DNA of 64,000 nt from Sphaerodactylus townsendi (Eukaryota): positions 38,936,001 to 39,000,000 of the forward strand of contig NC_059439.1 in assembly GCF_021028975.2 (NCBI RefSeq), in the 5' to 3' direction. The stretch's first letter is position 1, and the number at the start of each line of letters is the position of its first letter. Below are positions 1-12,355 of this stretch, piece after piece. The notes below the pieces were generated by a model. That model was given only the letters and a program-made list of their open reading frames with translations, did no database searches and was not told the DNA's origin. The position numbers and the translations under genes were made by a program.

Positions 1-379
1 GATGTTCATGGACTACAATTCCCATCAGCCCCTGCCAGCATCATGCTGGCAGGGACCGATAGGAATTGTTGCCATGAACATCTGGAGGGCCATAGATTGG
101 AACCCCGATTGACACAGTACGTTTTTATTCTGCCTTTCCTTCAAGAAACGCAAGTTGGTGAACGTGGTTCTGTGTCCCAATTTCATCCACACAACACCCC
201 TGTGAGATTGGCTAGGCTGAGAGAACGTGATTGGCTTAAAGGTGAGCGAACCAGCTCCAAAGCAGAACGAATATCTGAATTCAGTCTCCTTGATCCTAAT
301 CTGGCTCCAGGTTCTGGTCCACTTAGAACAAGAGGAATAAGTTGCCGGGAATCTTTTCTGTTTTCAGCCATTCAGGCTT

Positions 380-1655
380 GGTGGGAATTTGACAGGTCAG
401 GTTATTGTGCCAACTATTTGTATATCTTGAGCGATCCCAAATAACGCAGAGCTTGTTTCAATTGCCTTGCCTAATGCTATGACATTTGGCAGATACAATA
501 ATATCCCCTATGACAGTGGTGGTGAACCTTTGGCACTCCAGATGTTATGGACTACAATTCCCATCAGCCTCTGCCAGCATGGCCAATTGGCCAATTGGCA
601 GGGGCTGATGGGAATTGTAGTCCATAACATCTGGAGTGTCAAAGGTTCGCCACCACAGCCCTATGAGAATAGGCTATGCCAATTGGCCATGCTGGCAGGG
701 GCTGATGGGAATTGTAGTCCACCACGGCCCTATGAGAATAGGCTATGCCAATTGGCCATGCTGGCAGGGGCTGATGGGAATTGTAGTCCATAACATCTGG
801 AGTGTCAAAGGTTCGCCACCACGGCCCTATTAAAATAGGCTATGCCAATTGGCCATGCTGGCAGGGGCTGATGGGAATTGTAGTCCACCACGGCCTTATG
901 AGAATAGGCTATGCCAATTGGCCATGCTGGCAGGGGCTGATGGGAATTGTAGTCCATAACATCTGGAGTGTCAAAGGTTCGCCACCACAGCCCTATGAGA
1001 ATAGGCTATGCCAATTGGCCATGCTGGCAGGGGCTGATGGGAATTGTAGTCCACCACAGCCCTATGAGAATAGGCTATGCCAATTGGCCATGCTGGCAGG
1101 GGCTGATGGGAATTGTAGTCCATAACATCTGGAGTGTCAAAGGTTTGCTACCACGGCCCTATGAGAATAGGCTATGCCACCATGCTGGCAGGGGCTGATG
1201 GGAATTGTAGTCCATAACATCTGGAGTGTCAAAGGTTCGCCACCACGGCCCTATGAGAATAGGCTATGCCAATGTTGAGACTGTCCAACATGTACTTTTA
1301 GAGTGTTCTATATATGATCTCCCACGCTCCATGTATATTCATCCCTTGATAGAGAGGTTAAATATTGACATGATGTCATCATCTGTTATGAACTTCCTAC
1401 TCATTGGTTCTTGTGATCTTATGTGTGAAAATGTTGCGAACTTTCTGAAGCATTACCTGACTAAGCGTAACTACTCTCCATAAAATAGTCATGGTAAATT
1501 TAGCTCTCTTTGTTTTCTGTATACAGGGTCTGTATGTAGATATTTTTAATGTATTTTAATGGGTTCAGTTAATAGATAAACGGTCCCTTTTTGTTTTGTT
1601 TTTAATATTGTAATATGGTAATTTATAATGCCAATAGAGGCTTCTGCCTGCCTGT
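380..1655 (+). mobile_element. Degenerate LINE 3' end (RTE-X-like) interrupted by a MITE-derived array
   Basis: Removing 514-1256 rejoins FGRYNNIPYENRLC..ETVQHVLLECSIYDLPR, a non-LTR C-terminal Cys/His knuckle; ends ATGCCAATAGAGG plus a short simple-repeat tail. Confidence 0.5.
514..1272. repeat. hAT MITE (514-658) followed by a tandem array of alternating 69-bp and 97-bp units
   Basis: 8-bp TSD CCCTATGA at 506-513 and 659-666; unit starts 659, 728, 825, 894, 991, 1060, 1157, 1249 (166-bp higher-order period). Confidence 0.92.
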
Positions 1656-1736
1656 CTAATTTCAGAACATCAGAGCAAAGAGTCCGGCGTCCAAGGGGCT
1701 GATGCCCAGCAGGTCCCACCTGCCCCCTGGCCCTAC

Positions 1737-4301
1737 CTCTGAATTCCGGCATGACGTACAGGTTGTCCATGTAAAGGTTTCTTCCTTTCCAGGTGCTGTA
1801 GGTGTAGACAGACAGGACGTATCCAATGAGAGTGTGACCTGTGGGGCAGGAAGATGTCATGGCACCTGTGACAGGTGGCGGAACTCGGGCACCCAGCAAA
1901 TGGAACATTGAATCGTAATCCCCCCGCCCCCCCCAAAAAAAAGTTCTTTGTCTCTAAGGTGCTGGTGGACTCCACTCTAGCTAAACTGGAACATTTGTCC
2001 CATAATACTTTTTATTAATTTCCTTCTTTAAAAAAACGCATTGGACATAAAACATACATGAAACCATTGAAACACATAAGACATCAACAAATATTAACAT
2101 GTAACAAATGACCCACACTTACAGTCACCCAAACATAAATCTATCCTACCCAACTACCCATAACCCAACTACCCATAACAATAACACATAATTCAACACA
2201 TCTAAATCAAATCAGTTACTTCACTATTCTTGGGTAAATTTATTCTTTAGCTTTAATAAACTTAAATATCTACACTATGCTACCTTATTTTTCATTCCAT
2301 ATTTTTAATATTTAACCTGCAAATATACCTTGTATTTCATAATGCTATATGTCATTCATATTTTAATTTAAATAAATTTCTTTTCTTATCTAGGCCGCTA
2401 AACTGGAACATTTGTAAAAGGGAAACGCTCCCCTTCCTTCCCCCATCAATTCAAACTGATTGGGCTACGCTGATGCTCACTTCTCGCCCTACCTACCCCT
2501 CAGTTCTGTCCCCAGAGGCCTCCTAAGTATGGTGTGTTCAGGGGAGACCGCTCCCCCCCTCATTACTCTTCCCACGGGGCCCTGTGAAGAGGAGTCAGGT
2601 ACTCCTATGCAAGCCAGCTCTCTCTCTCTCTCTCATCCTGGCTGCAGCCTTCAGTCGCAAGACCCTCCACATCTGTGCAGCAGGCCGAAATCCAGCAGGT
2701 GCAGCTTCCCCTCCCGCACGGTGGTTGAGTTCCTGCTGGCTCAAGGGAGGCAGTCTGGACACAGGTCCCCACAAGGCCCCAATTACCTTCTTTGCTTTTT
2801 TGTTGTGGGGGAACTTCGGCTACAAAACACTCGAATCTGGGATGTTCCCCAAATCCAGCCTTCATCAGCTCTGGGGCAGAAGGAAGAGCAGAGATGTTAG
2901 TCTGGATGACACAAGCATTCCTGTACAAGTGACAGGGCACATGGGAAGGGTGCCAAGGGTGGGGGGGAAGCATTAAGGGCTTGTGTTGTCAGGAGTATCA
3001 CAGTCAGGAGACATTGGCACAAGTGATGTTGCTCTTCGTTTAAAACTTTGACTTGTGTGCTGCTCAGGGTAGGAAAGCAGGCTGGGTCAGGGGCCGGCCT
3101 TGTGCAGGATCCCAGCAGAAGTCCCAGTGGAGAAGACCTGCCCCCGCTCCAGTCCCAGCAAAAGGGTTATGGGCCCAGAGGCACCGCGCCACGCAGCCCG
3201 TTTACCTTCCTCGCTGGTTCTGATCTCGTTCTCAGGAATCTTGTAAATGACGGCAATCTCCTGCAAGAGGGTGGAGGCTCAATGTGAGAATTCGCAGGTA
3301 TAATGGCACCTATTCCACCCCCCACCCCCAAATCACATACCTCTTCAGCCTCAAAGTGCCTGCTGTGGTTGCCAGCAGGGCTGGTTCTCTGGGCCAAGGG
3401 GGCAGGTCAGCCCAAGAGATTTTGGCAATCTTTGTCCCTCTTTATCCACATTAATGGAGGGGGGGCAATTCCTGCAAAACTGCTTCTACAGATATCTCAA
3501 AAAAACCCTCCCCATTTCTGCTAAGAAAACCTCATCACGCTGGCAGGGGATGATGGGAACTGTAGTCCATAACACCTGGCGGGCTGCAAGTTTGACACCT
3601 ATGCCAGAAGAAGCCTCCCTCCCCCCAGCTCTGCAAAACTGCTTCTGCAGAGATCTCAATCCCCCCACACACACATTTCTGCTAAGAAAACCTCATCCCA
3701 GACTGAGCTCATGATGAGACATAGAAACATGAAACATAGGACTGGAAGGGACCTCAAGGGTCATCAAGGCAACCCCCCCCCCTGCATAATTCAAGAAATT
3801 CACAACTCCCTCCCTCCCCCACCCCCAGTAACCCCTGCTCTATGCCCAGAGGAAGGCAGAAAACCTCCGAGATGTTTCTCTATTCTGCATTGCTTAGACC
3901 TCACCTGGAATATTGTGTTCGGTTCTGGGCACCGCAGTTCAGAAGGCTGGAAACCGGACTTTCTGGCTCTATTGGTTTTATTCCACGGCAGCTGGGAGGT
4001 GGACCATGAATCCTGGGCTCCAGCTCCAGGTGTCAAACTCACAACCCTCCAGATGTTATGGACGACAGTTCCCATCATCCCCTGCCAGCATGATGCTGGC
4101 AGGGGATGATGGGAACTGTAGTCCATAACATCTGGCGGGCCATGAGTTTGACACCTATGCCAGAAGAAGCCTCCCTCCCCCCAGCTCTCCTCTCCTCCTG
4201 CCCCACCCCTCCCTCCCTCCTTCCTTCCTTCCTCTCACCTTAATGAGCCGCATGATGTCCTTGAGATCCTTGGGGGCACAGGCACGCACAGCGAAAGCCA
4301 T
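1737..4301 (-). CDS. SAT2-like GNAT N-acetyltransferase, divergent paralog A (partial: exons 1-4; exons 5-6 not found, presumably left of the window)
   Basis: Exons 4301-4239 (MAFAVRACAPKDLKDIMRLIK), 3260-3206 (EIAVIYKIPENEIRTSEE), 2870-2787 (ELMKAGFGEHPRFECFVAEVPPQQKSKE), 1838-1737 ([34 protein letters not shown]). All junctions GT-AG; sizes 63/55/84/102 in frame and matching the SAT1/SAT2 exon layout; YSTWKGR is SAT2-type. Confidence 0.88.
1980..2415 (-). mobile_element. AT-rich retroposed insert (L1-like 3' end) with 19-bp target-site duplication
   Basis: GCTAAACTGGAACATTTGT at 1980-1998 and 2397-2415 flanks a 398-bp AT-rich segment ending AATAAAAA on minus. Confidence 0.65.
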
Positions 4302-4687
4302 GGTTCCCAGCCGTCCTCCTGCTTGTCTGCCTACCAGGTGCCCTCCAACCTTCTCAAGGACCCGCTTCAGCCACACATGTGACTCCTTGCCTCAGTGACT
4401 TCCTTGGAGGTGAGGCCAAGAGACAGCTTAATAATCAAATAGGATGGCAGCAGCTGGGGGGGGGGGGGCTTGCACCTCCGATCAGATGATCTCAGGACCA
4501 AGTGGGCCAAAGGTTGCCACCTTCAGGTTGGAAAATTCCTGGACATTCTCTTCCTGCCCTGGTGGCCGTGGCCGCTGCCTCCACGCCCCACGGGTGAAAC
4601 CATGCAGAAAGCTGTCAGAAGTCCTCCAAGAGGGTCAGAGTCCTCCAGCCAAGCGGTGGAGCAGAAGCGAGAAGGCACCCTGGAGCC

Positions 4688-4855
4688 ATGAGCTACATCA
4701 TCCGCCCCTGGGCTCGGAAGGACCTGAAGGCCATCATGGGGCTTATTAGGGTGAGAAACTGGGGGCGGGGGGATGTAGAACCCTGGAACACTCAAGGAAA
4801 AGAGGGTGCTGAATACTGAAAGGCATTGGGATGGGTTTGTCCCCCTGCCCCAATT

Positions 4856-4906
<51 letters not shown>

Positions 4907-7900
4907 GTCTGGGTGATTGGCAACAGGGTGGCATAAAGGTTAAAATGTTGGGCAAAGAGAGCCAGGTTCAACCCTATAAAGCTCACTGTGTGACTCTGAG
5001 CAAATGACGTCACCCGTCCTGCGCAGGGCTCTCCGAGAGCGTGGTAACGCTTACCAACCTGCGGAGGGCTCTCCGCAGCGGCTCCCCTGCCCAAAGGTCA
5101 CATTATAGCAACTATAACCTGAGAAATGCCGCGTGGTGGTGGTGGGGTTGCGCTTGTAATTCACACTTTTGGCCACTGGAGGGCACAGCAGCATCCCCAG
5201 CGGCTCACCTGCCCAAAGAGGCTCTGACATGTCACAACCTCGACGTGGGGCCTCGTGCGAAGGTGGCGCCCTAGGGCTCTCGGCTCAATCGTTCAAAGGG
5301 GCTGCCAAGCTCAAAGAGGCTAGGGAAGATAGCAGAACCCCCCCCCCCCCATAACCTCCACGTGCGGTCTTGTGCGAAGGCGGGGGTCAGCGTGGCGTGG
5401 TGCAGGGGAGGGACGGGGGGGGGGGGGCGGCTCTCCCGAGCACAGTGGGGCAGATTCTCTTCAGGTGCGGCACCCGATCAGAAGGGGCGGGGGTCCCAGG
5501 GGAGCAAGGCCAAGTTGGGGGGGGGGGGTTTGAAGCCAATGACGGGAGCCCCTCCCTCCCCATTGCCTCCGGGCAAGGACGTAGGTAAGGGGGAGGGTTC
5601 TCGGGTTCAACCCCCCATTGCATTTCCGAAGCTCCGCCCCCTGTTTGGGAGGTTTTTTAGTGTTTTTTCGGTTTTTGGCCTGCAGGGGGCGCAGTTTTTA
5701 AGCTAGCAGCACCATAATTTCAGGGCTGTTATGGGAGAATCTCCTGATGATTCTGCCCAGGTTTGGTGAAGTTTGGTTCAGGGGGTCCAAAGTTATGGAC
5801 TCCCAAAGGGGGTGCCCCCAACCCCTATTGTTTCCAATGGGAGCTAATAGAAGATGGGGGCTGGGCACCTTGAGGGTTATAACTTTGGATCCCCTAAAAC
5901 CAAACTTCTGGAAACCTGGGAGGTATCGATAGGAGAGTCTCCTGACTGATATCACCTAAGTTTGTGTAGTTTGGTCAGAGATTTGAAGCTATGGGACTCC
6001 CAAAGGGATGTGAAGGTCCCCATCCCCAAACTGACTCTCCAATTGGAGCTAATAGAGAAGATGGGGTCTACATCTTTCGAGGGTTCATAACTTTGGACCT
6101 CCTGGAAACTCAAACTTCACTGATGGTATCTATTAGGAGAGTCTCCTAAAGATACTCTGAAAGTGCTTAGTGGTGCTAGCTTTCTAACAATTGCACCCCT
6201 GACAGGGTAGGCACTCCCAGTTTCCCTAGACTTTCTCCTTTTTTAAAGTAAGCCCCTTTGGCATGGATTTAAAGGGAGAAATCTGAGGTCCCCTAGTTTG
6301 GGAAACATTGAAAGTGATGCTGTTTCCAGAGTGTAGGATAATCCACCCCAACAGTAGCATCACTTTCCAATATTATTTAACTAGGGACCTGTGTAGATTC
6401 TCTCCAGGTTTAAGGTGGATTTAAAAGGAGAATTTGGGCTCTCTAGTTTAAACACCATTGAAAGTGATGCTGTTTGGGGTGGATTCCAACATCACAGCAG
6501 CCACCCATGGGGGCCCCCCGCAAAACTCAGATTTTGCACCAGGCTTCATTTTCCCTAGCTGTGCCTCTGCCCAGAGGAGAGGGCAGAAGGGGCTGCCAAC
6601 TGGGAGCTCAGTTAGTGGCGAGGCACGGGAGGGTGGGGCAGGGGAGTCTGCCATCCCCAGCCTCGGAGAGCTACTTTTATAAGCACTGAGGCCAGGGGAA
6701 GGGCTTGGGGAGGCATGGACACGCCCCCAGGGGTGGGTGGGGTGCATGCCTTCCAAACCCCATAAAACTCCTATCTAAAATACCTACGTCCTCATTGCTG
6801 CTCGGGGTGACTAGTCGAGACGAGCGCACCGGTGGGCCAGCCTTCCCTTCCTCCTCCTCCTCCTCCTCCTCCTCCTCCTGCCGCTTGATTGGTTGGGGGG
6901 GGCTGTAAAGGTGGAAGTGTCCAGGGGCCCCCGTGAGCGAAGCGGCCGGCAGGGAGAAGGAGGAGGGGGCCCTTCTGCAGGGTCGTCAGTGGGGGGACTC
7001 TGGCTGCCCCCCCTCCCTCCCTCTCTGGCCCTGGTGGATGGGGAGGGGCCATGATTGTTTGATTCTCTGGAGCGGATTCCCCACAGACCTGAAGGACAGT
7101 CACAGATCTGAGATCAGCACTTTTCACTAGGCGATTTCTTTTCAGTCTGCCCTGTAAGAATCTTGTCCGGCTGTTGCTAGAAAGCCCCCAATGTCAGTGG
7201 GGCACTCCTGGGCACCCCCTCCCCCAGACCCCCTGGGGGCACTCCCTGGACGCCAAGGCACAGCCTCAACGTATCCCATCTTGATCTATTTCAGGAGGCG
7301 GCTTCTTTTCACAAAGCCCTGGACCAGGTGAAAACTACCCCGGAAAGTAAGGAAACAGCTGATTATTATTGTCAAGGCTTTCACGACCAGAATCGCTAGT
7401 ATTGTGTGTCTTTCGGGTTGTATGGCCGTGTTCCACTAGCATTTTCTCCCGACGTTTCGCCTGCATGGTAGAAAATGCTACTGGGACACGGCCATACAAC
7501 CCGGAAAACACACAACGCCCTAGCAGCTGCATATTACATTGTCACCGTTTTTCATCCAGACCTTGGCCGCTTTAATGCTTGTCATGGCCTACTAAAGCAG
7601 AGAGCATCTTCCCTGCCACGGGAGCCCGGGGGTCCTGGTTCCCCACCCACCCCAACAAGCCAATTTTCTCCTCCATAAGCATAAGCATTTATTGTCATTG
7701 TGCACGCATAACGAAATTTACAGCAGCATTCCTCGATGCACACTATTCCAGACTCACTTTCCCCATCCCCTCGCACCGCTTCCTCCACCCCATCCCTACA
7801 CAGCCCAAGCAAATTTACATCGATTACTTGCGAAGTTCCATGGAGTTCAGTATATGCTTGCACAGCTCTAGAGTAGAAGCTGTCTCTAAAGCCTCTTTGT

Positions 7901-10823
7901 CCTAGTTTTTATAGACCTGTATCGTCTGCCGGATGGTCACAGTTCAAAAAGAGAGTGTGCCGGATGAGACGGGTCTCTCAGAATAGTTTGGGCTTTTTTA
8001 AGGATTCGGGAATTATAGAGTTCTTCCAAGGAGGGGAGAGGGCAGCCGATAATCCTCTGTGCAGTAGCGATCACCCTTTGGAGCGCCTTCCTATCTGCCA
8101 CTGTGCAACTGGAGAACCATACACAGATGCAGTAGGTGAAGACACTCTCCATAGCACAGCGGTAAAAGGACACCAGGAGTTTTCCATTCAGTTGTTGTTT
8201 CCTTAACAGTCTCAGAGAACCTTAACAGTCCAGGAGAACCCCCAGGCTCCGAAGATGACTCCCTTTCCCGAACTCAGAAGTCCAGGCCAAGCTGCGCAGC
8301 TGCGGTTCCTCTTCCCTCGAAGCACTGAGGGGGATTGTGGCCCCTCAGCACCAGCCCGTTCCATTAGCTCCAGCGGGCTACTGAGCGGTCGTCCCTCACT
8401 GAGGTTCTTGCAAAGGGCAGGGATTGGCTGACCTGGCAAAGCACCCTGGATCAGAGTGACAATCTGGTTGCGAAAACAGAGTAAACAGCTCCTCTGGCTC
8501 TCAGGCAGTCTAGAGGAGCCATTTCATTAGTAAGGGAGCCCAACTGGGCTTGTGGGGCCATCCGGTCAGTCTCAGCCCCTTCCACCCTCCTGGGACTGAA
8601 TTGGCCCCTGATTTCTTCTGCCTTCCGTCCAGTGTCCACCACCTAACGCGTGCCTAATAAGCTGGAACTTTACTTGAAGAGTGTGGGATTCCGCATAATG
8701 TTCCCTGTAGGATTTTTGATTTGTTTGTTATTTTGTTGTTTCTTCCAATGTTTTCTTCCTCAGTGCTCAGAGACGAGGGCTTTGGGAAAGACGCCACCTT
8801 CGGGTGCCTGGTCGCCGAGGTGCCGCCACAGCAGGGGAGCAAAGAGGGTAAGAGGGCAGGAGGGAACTTTAGGGCAAGACTCTGGAACTCCTGGGGACGG
8901 GAAAGTCCCGTGGTTTGCTTGGGATTGGGTCTGTGTGGTATCATCCCTGCAGTGGATCTCTGCTCAGGGGACCACAGTGGCTCCCAGTAGCTGTGGAGAT
9001 GGTCCTTCCAGGAACCCCCCAAATCACTGACTGAGTGGCAGCCTGGTCTAGTTGGTAGAGATAGAGTGGAATTAGTGGTGAGAGGCCAGTGAGAGGCCAC
9101 AGCGCAGAGCGGCAGTTAAGAGCCCATTTTTCGGAAGGATGTTTGCTGGGAGCAGCGGATCCTTTCTCTTCCCCCTTTCTCCCTTTTCTGGCCTTTTTGG
9201 GTGGGTATTTCTGCAAGAGAACTGGGAAGACCTCTCACCCCATCTATCCCAATCAGCCCCCTTGACTTCCTCCCATCGCTGTCCCTGCCAAGACTTCTAA
9301 TAGATCTCAAATCCTGCAACTTGACTGTAGAATAAATTATGCATGGCGAGCAAACACTTCTCTGTTTGCAGAAGATTAAATTGCGTCATGTAGCATTATT
9401 GTGAGTTCAGCAAATACACTAATCGCAAAATTATATGTGGACAAGCTGGATTCCAAAGCCGGGGTATGGGGACGGGTCATGTCACGCAGCCAATATCTCC
9501 TAGCGCAGTAATGGCGAACCTATGGCACGGGTGCCAGAGGTGGCACTCAGAGCCCTCTCTGTGGGCACGCGTGCACAGAGTTCATCATGTGGGGGTGGGA
9601 TGGAAAATCACCCCCCACACACACACACACACCTAGGCTGGCCTGGGCATGATCCTTTACTTGGGAGTAAGCTCAGTTGCTGGCAATGGGGCTTGCTTCT
9701 GAGTAAACCCTCCCAGGGTCGCAATTCACCCATTCGAAGTGTTGCACGATTACTTCACCAAGCTTACTCCCGAGTAACATGCACCTCGGAGCCCACTGTT
9801 TTTTCTAAAGTAAAACCTCCGTATTCAGGTTAAATTGCCGTGTTGGCACTTTGCGATAAATAAGTGGGTTTTGAGTAGTAATTTGGGCACTTGGTCTCGA
9901 AAAGGTTCGCCACCACTGTCCTAGCGTAATAGTGGGTTTCCGCTTCATTTCCCTCCCCAGATGGCACAATTGTTGGGTACCAATTCCACTATTTGACGTA
10001 CTGCACGTGGAGTGGCCATATTTTATTTGGGGAAGATCTGTACGTGTTACCAGATTTCAGAGGTAAGAAGGTTATTGAAGTGCCTCTGAGCATGCACAGA
10101 GTGTTTCTCTCATACTGATGAGCTTTTGGAGATTACCGGAGAGTGATCAAGTGTTTTTGCCTTCTGGACTCACTGTACTGCTCAGCCTTCATCAGTTCAT
10201 AAGAGGAGGGCCACCTGCTTGGTGTAACGGGCAACCCCAAGAGGCCAGGCGGCTGGCCGTGATGATGTCACAGCAGCCGGGAGGTGAATTGGCGCTGGCA
10301 GACTTAAGCAACATTAGATCTTCCTGTGGACCTTGCTGGCCTTCTTCCAAGTGCCAGTCTCCGTGTTTTCAGTGTTTCACGAGACAGAGGGAATCCTCTT
10401 CTCTTCCCACACACTGAAAATTGGACCCCTTCTAATAATACAGATGGGGGGGGGCTGGGGCTATTTTTGACCTTTCTCATTGTCCGGAACAGGTAAAGGC
10501 ATCGGCTCCGGTTTGCTGGCCAAAGCTGCCAAGGTGAGCATGAGGTGGGGCCTCCCCTAGCAACACTGCCCACCTGCCCCGATCTGCTTTGGGGGACCCC
10601 AGCCCTTCTGCTCGCGTGACTCCCTGTCCCTCCGTCTCTTTCTTAGATGGCGCTGGGAAAGGGCTGCTCCCAGCTCCGGTTCATCTCCGCCAACTGGAAC
10701 CAGCCAGCCATGGATTTCTACGCCAAACTGGGAGCTGTGAACGTCACAGTTACAGACCACTGGAACCTGTGCAGCATAGAGGGGGAGCACGTTCAGAAAC
10801 TGGTTGAGCGAACAAGAAACTAG
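4688..10823 (+). CDS. SAT2-like GNAT N-acetyltransferase, divergent paralog B (complete, 172 aa)
   Basis: Exons 4688-4750 (MSYIIRPWARKDLKAIMGLIR), 7295-7346, 8764-8847, 9961-10062 (..YCTWSGHILFGEDLYVLPDFR), 10493-10533 (GKGIGSGLLAKAAK), 10647-10823 (..WNQPAMDFYAKLGA..stop). Sizes 63/52/84/102/41/177, GT-AG, no stops; acetyl-CoA motif FRGKGIG intact; ATTAAA at about 11317. Confidence 0.92.
4857..4905. repeat. (GCTT)n microsatellite
   Basis: About 12 perfect tetranucleotide units. Confidence 0.95.
5312..6569. mobile_element. Non-autonomous DNA transposon with internal subrepeats (hAT-like)
   Basis: Imperfect inverted ends (GCTAGGGAAGAT / ATTTTCCCTAGC) and internal repeats such as GGACTCCCAAAGGG and CATTGAAAGTGATGCTGTTT; boundaries approximate. 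Confidence 0.45.
7367..7523. mobile_element. Penelope-like element terminus in inverted (hairpin) arrangement
   Basis: Arms 7396-7447 and 7470-7523 are near reverse complements and homologous to 30410-30510. Confidence 0.7.
7674..8220 (-). mobile_element. Rex1/Babar-like LINE 3' fragment
   Basis: [45 protein letters not shown], in-frame stop, AATAAA plus (ATGCTT)n tail. Confidence 0.8.
9506..9918. mobile_element. hAT MITE, long family (other copies 15208-15716, 35909-36417, 46521-46978, 50298-50770, 52960-53467)
   Basis: TIR CAGTGATGGCGAACCT-like; 8-bp TSDs TCCTAGCG, CTTTACAC, GTTTAGGG, ATCTAGGA, TCCTAAAG. Confidence 0.9.
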
Positions 10824-11005
10824 TCGTTCAGTGTCCGCAAGCCCCGCCCATGTCCACGTGGCCAGCCCCTGCCTTGTATTCCCTTCCGGTTAATTATGAA
10901 CCTCCGCCTCCCCACTTCCCTGACCCTCCTGGCCCTGCAAACATCCCTCCACAAAATATTTTCTCCATATGTCCCAGAGGAGTCCAACAGACTTTCATGC
11001 CCCAT

Positions 11006-11300
11006 GCAGCAGTGACGTAGGAGGTTAAGAGCTCGTGTATCTAATCTGGAGGAACCGGGTTTGATTCCCCGCTCTGCCGCCTGAGCTGTGGAGGCTTCTC
11101 TGGGGAATTCAGATTAGCCTGTGCACTCCCACACACGCCAGCTGGGTGACCTCGGGCTAGTCACAGCTTCTCGGAGCTCTCTCAGCCCCACCCACCTCAC
11201 AGGGTGTTTGTTGTGAGGGGGGAAGGGCAAGGAGATTGTCAGCCCCTTTGAGTCTCCTGCAGGAGAGAAAGGGGGGATATAAATCCAAACTCTTCTTATT
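11006..11300 (+). mobile_element. tRNA-derived SINE, Squam3-type (other copies: + 11997-12354, 16270-16569, 32362-32680, 52575-52928, 60495-60831; - 20415-20616, 21422-21693, 44245-44545, 55545-55846)
   Basis: Pol III A box (TGGCGTAGGAGG) and B-box-like GGTTTGATTCCC; about 290 bp; (CTT)n tail; high mutual identity. Confidence 0.88.
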
Positions 11301-12324
11301 ATTATTCATTCCACCCATTAAAGAAATCCAAACTTCCTGGTAGCGCTGAGACCGTCAACCTGTAATGAAGGGCTAGAGGTGTCTTTTTTTAAAAAAAAAA
11401 TCCATTCATGTAAACTTTCCACTGGGGAGAAAAGGTTAGAAATAAAGAAACAAATGATATCCAAATCCTCCATCATTTGCGAAGTCTCGACCTTCATAAA
11501 GAGATAATTGCATGCGGTGTTTGCAAGCAGAAATGGTCTCCTAAAGGAGCTGATGGCACTCAAACGCCGATTCAGACCACAAAATCTAAATTAAAAAGTC
11601 CTCAGGGAGGAGACCGTCCGACCGTGATGGAAAAGTGTCTGGCTGTGTTGATGATACAGGGAGCAGGGAGGGGCGGGGGGAGGGGGGCTTCTTCTTATGT
11701 CTCCTTTCATAAAGGCTCTGGGGTAGCTCAGCATGCAGAGAGTCGCAGGGTCAACTCCCGGCCTCTCCAAGTAAAGTCTCTGTCGGAAGGTGATGTTGGA
11801 GACCTCTGAAATCCTGGAGAACGGTCACAAAATGAAGCAGAAATTTACTCGCACCTGAAAGACAGAAAACATTTAATTCAGTATGAACTTTTGGGAGTCA
11901 CCGTCTACTGCACTGACAGAAAATCATACAGAGGGATTTTTTATGCAGGTCGGTTGGGGATGGGGGAGCTAAGGCATTATCATAACAAAGAGCAAAGGAG
12001 CAGCAGTGGCGTAGGAGGTTAAGAGCTCGTGTATCTAATCTGGAGGAACCGGGTTTGATTCCCAGCTCTGCCGCCTGAGCTGTGGAGGCTTATCTGGGGA
12101 ATTCAGATTAGCCTGTGCACTCCCACACACGCCAGCCGGGTGACCTTGGGCTAGTCACAGCTTCTCGGAGCTCTCTCAGCCCCACCTACCTCACAGGGTG
12201 TTTGTTGTGAGGGGGGGGGAAGGGCAAGGAGATTGTAAGCCTTTTTGAGTCTCCTACAGGAGAGAAAGGGGGGATATAAATCCAAATTCCTCCTCCTCCT
12301 CCTCCTCCTCCTCCTCTTCTTCTT

Positions 12325-12355
<31 letters not shown>

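Noticed and set aside
467-1198. Repeated small ORFs (MSKVRHH.., [11 protein letters not shown]..)
   Set aside because: Translations of the MITE array, recurring wherever the MITE occurs.
1737-4301. Calling paralog A SAT1 (GFGEHP, RLIK)
   Set aside because: It has SAT2-type YSTWKGR rather than YDPWIGK and lies in the SAT2 cluster; the shared residues are probably ancestral.
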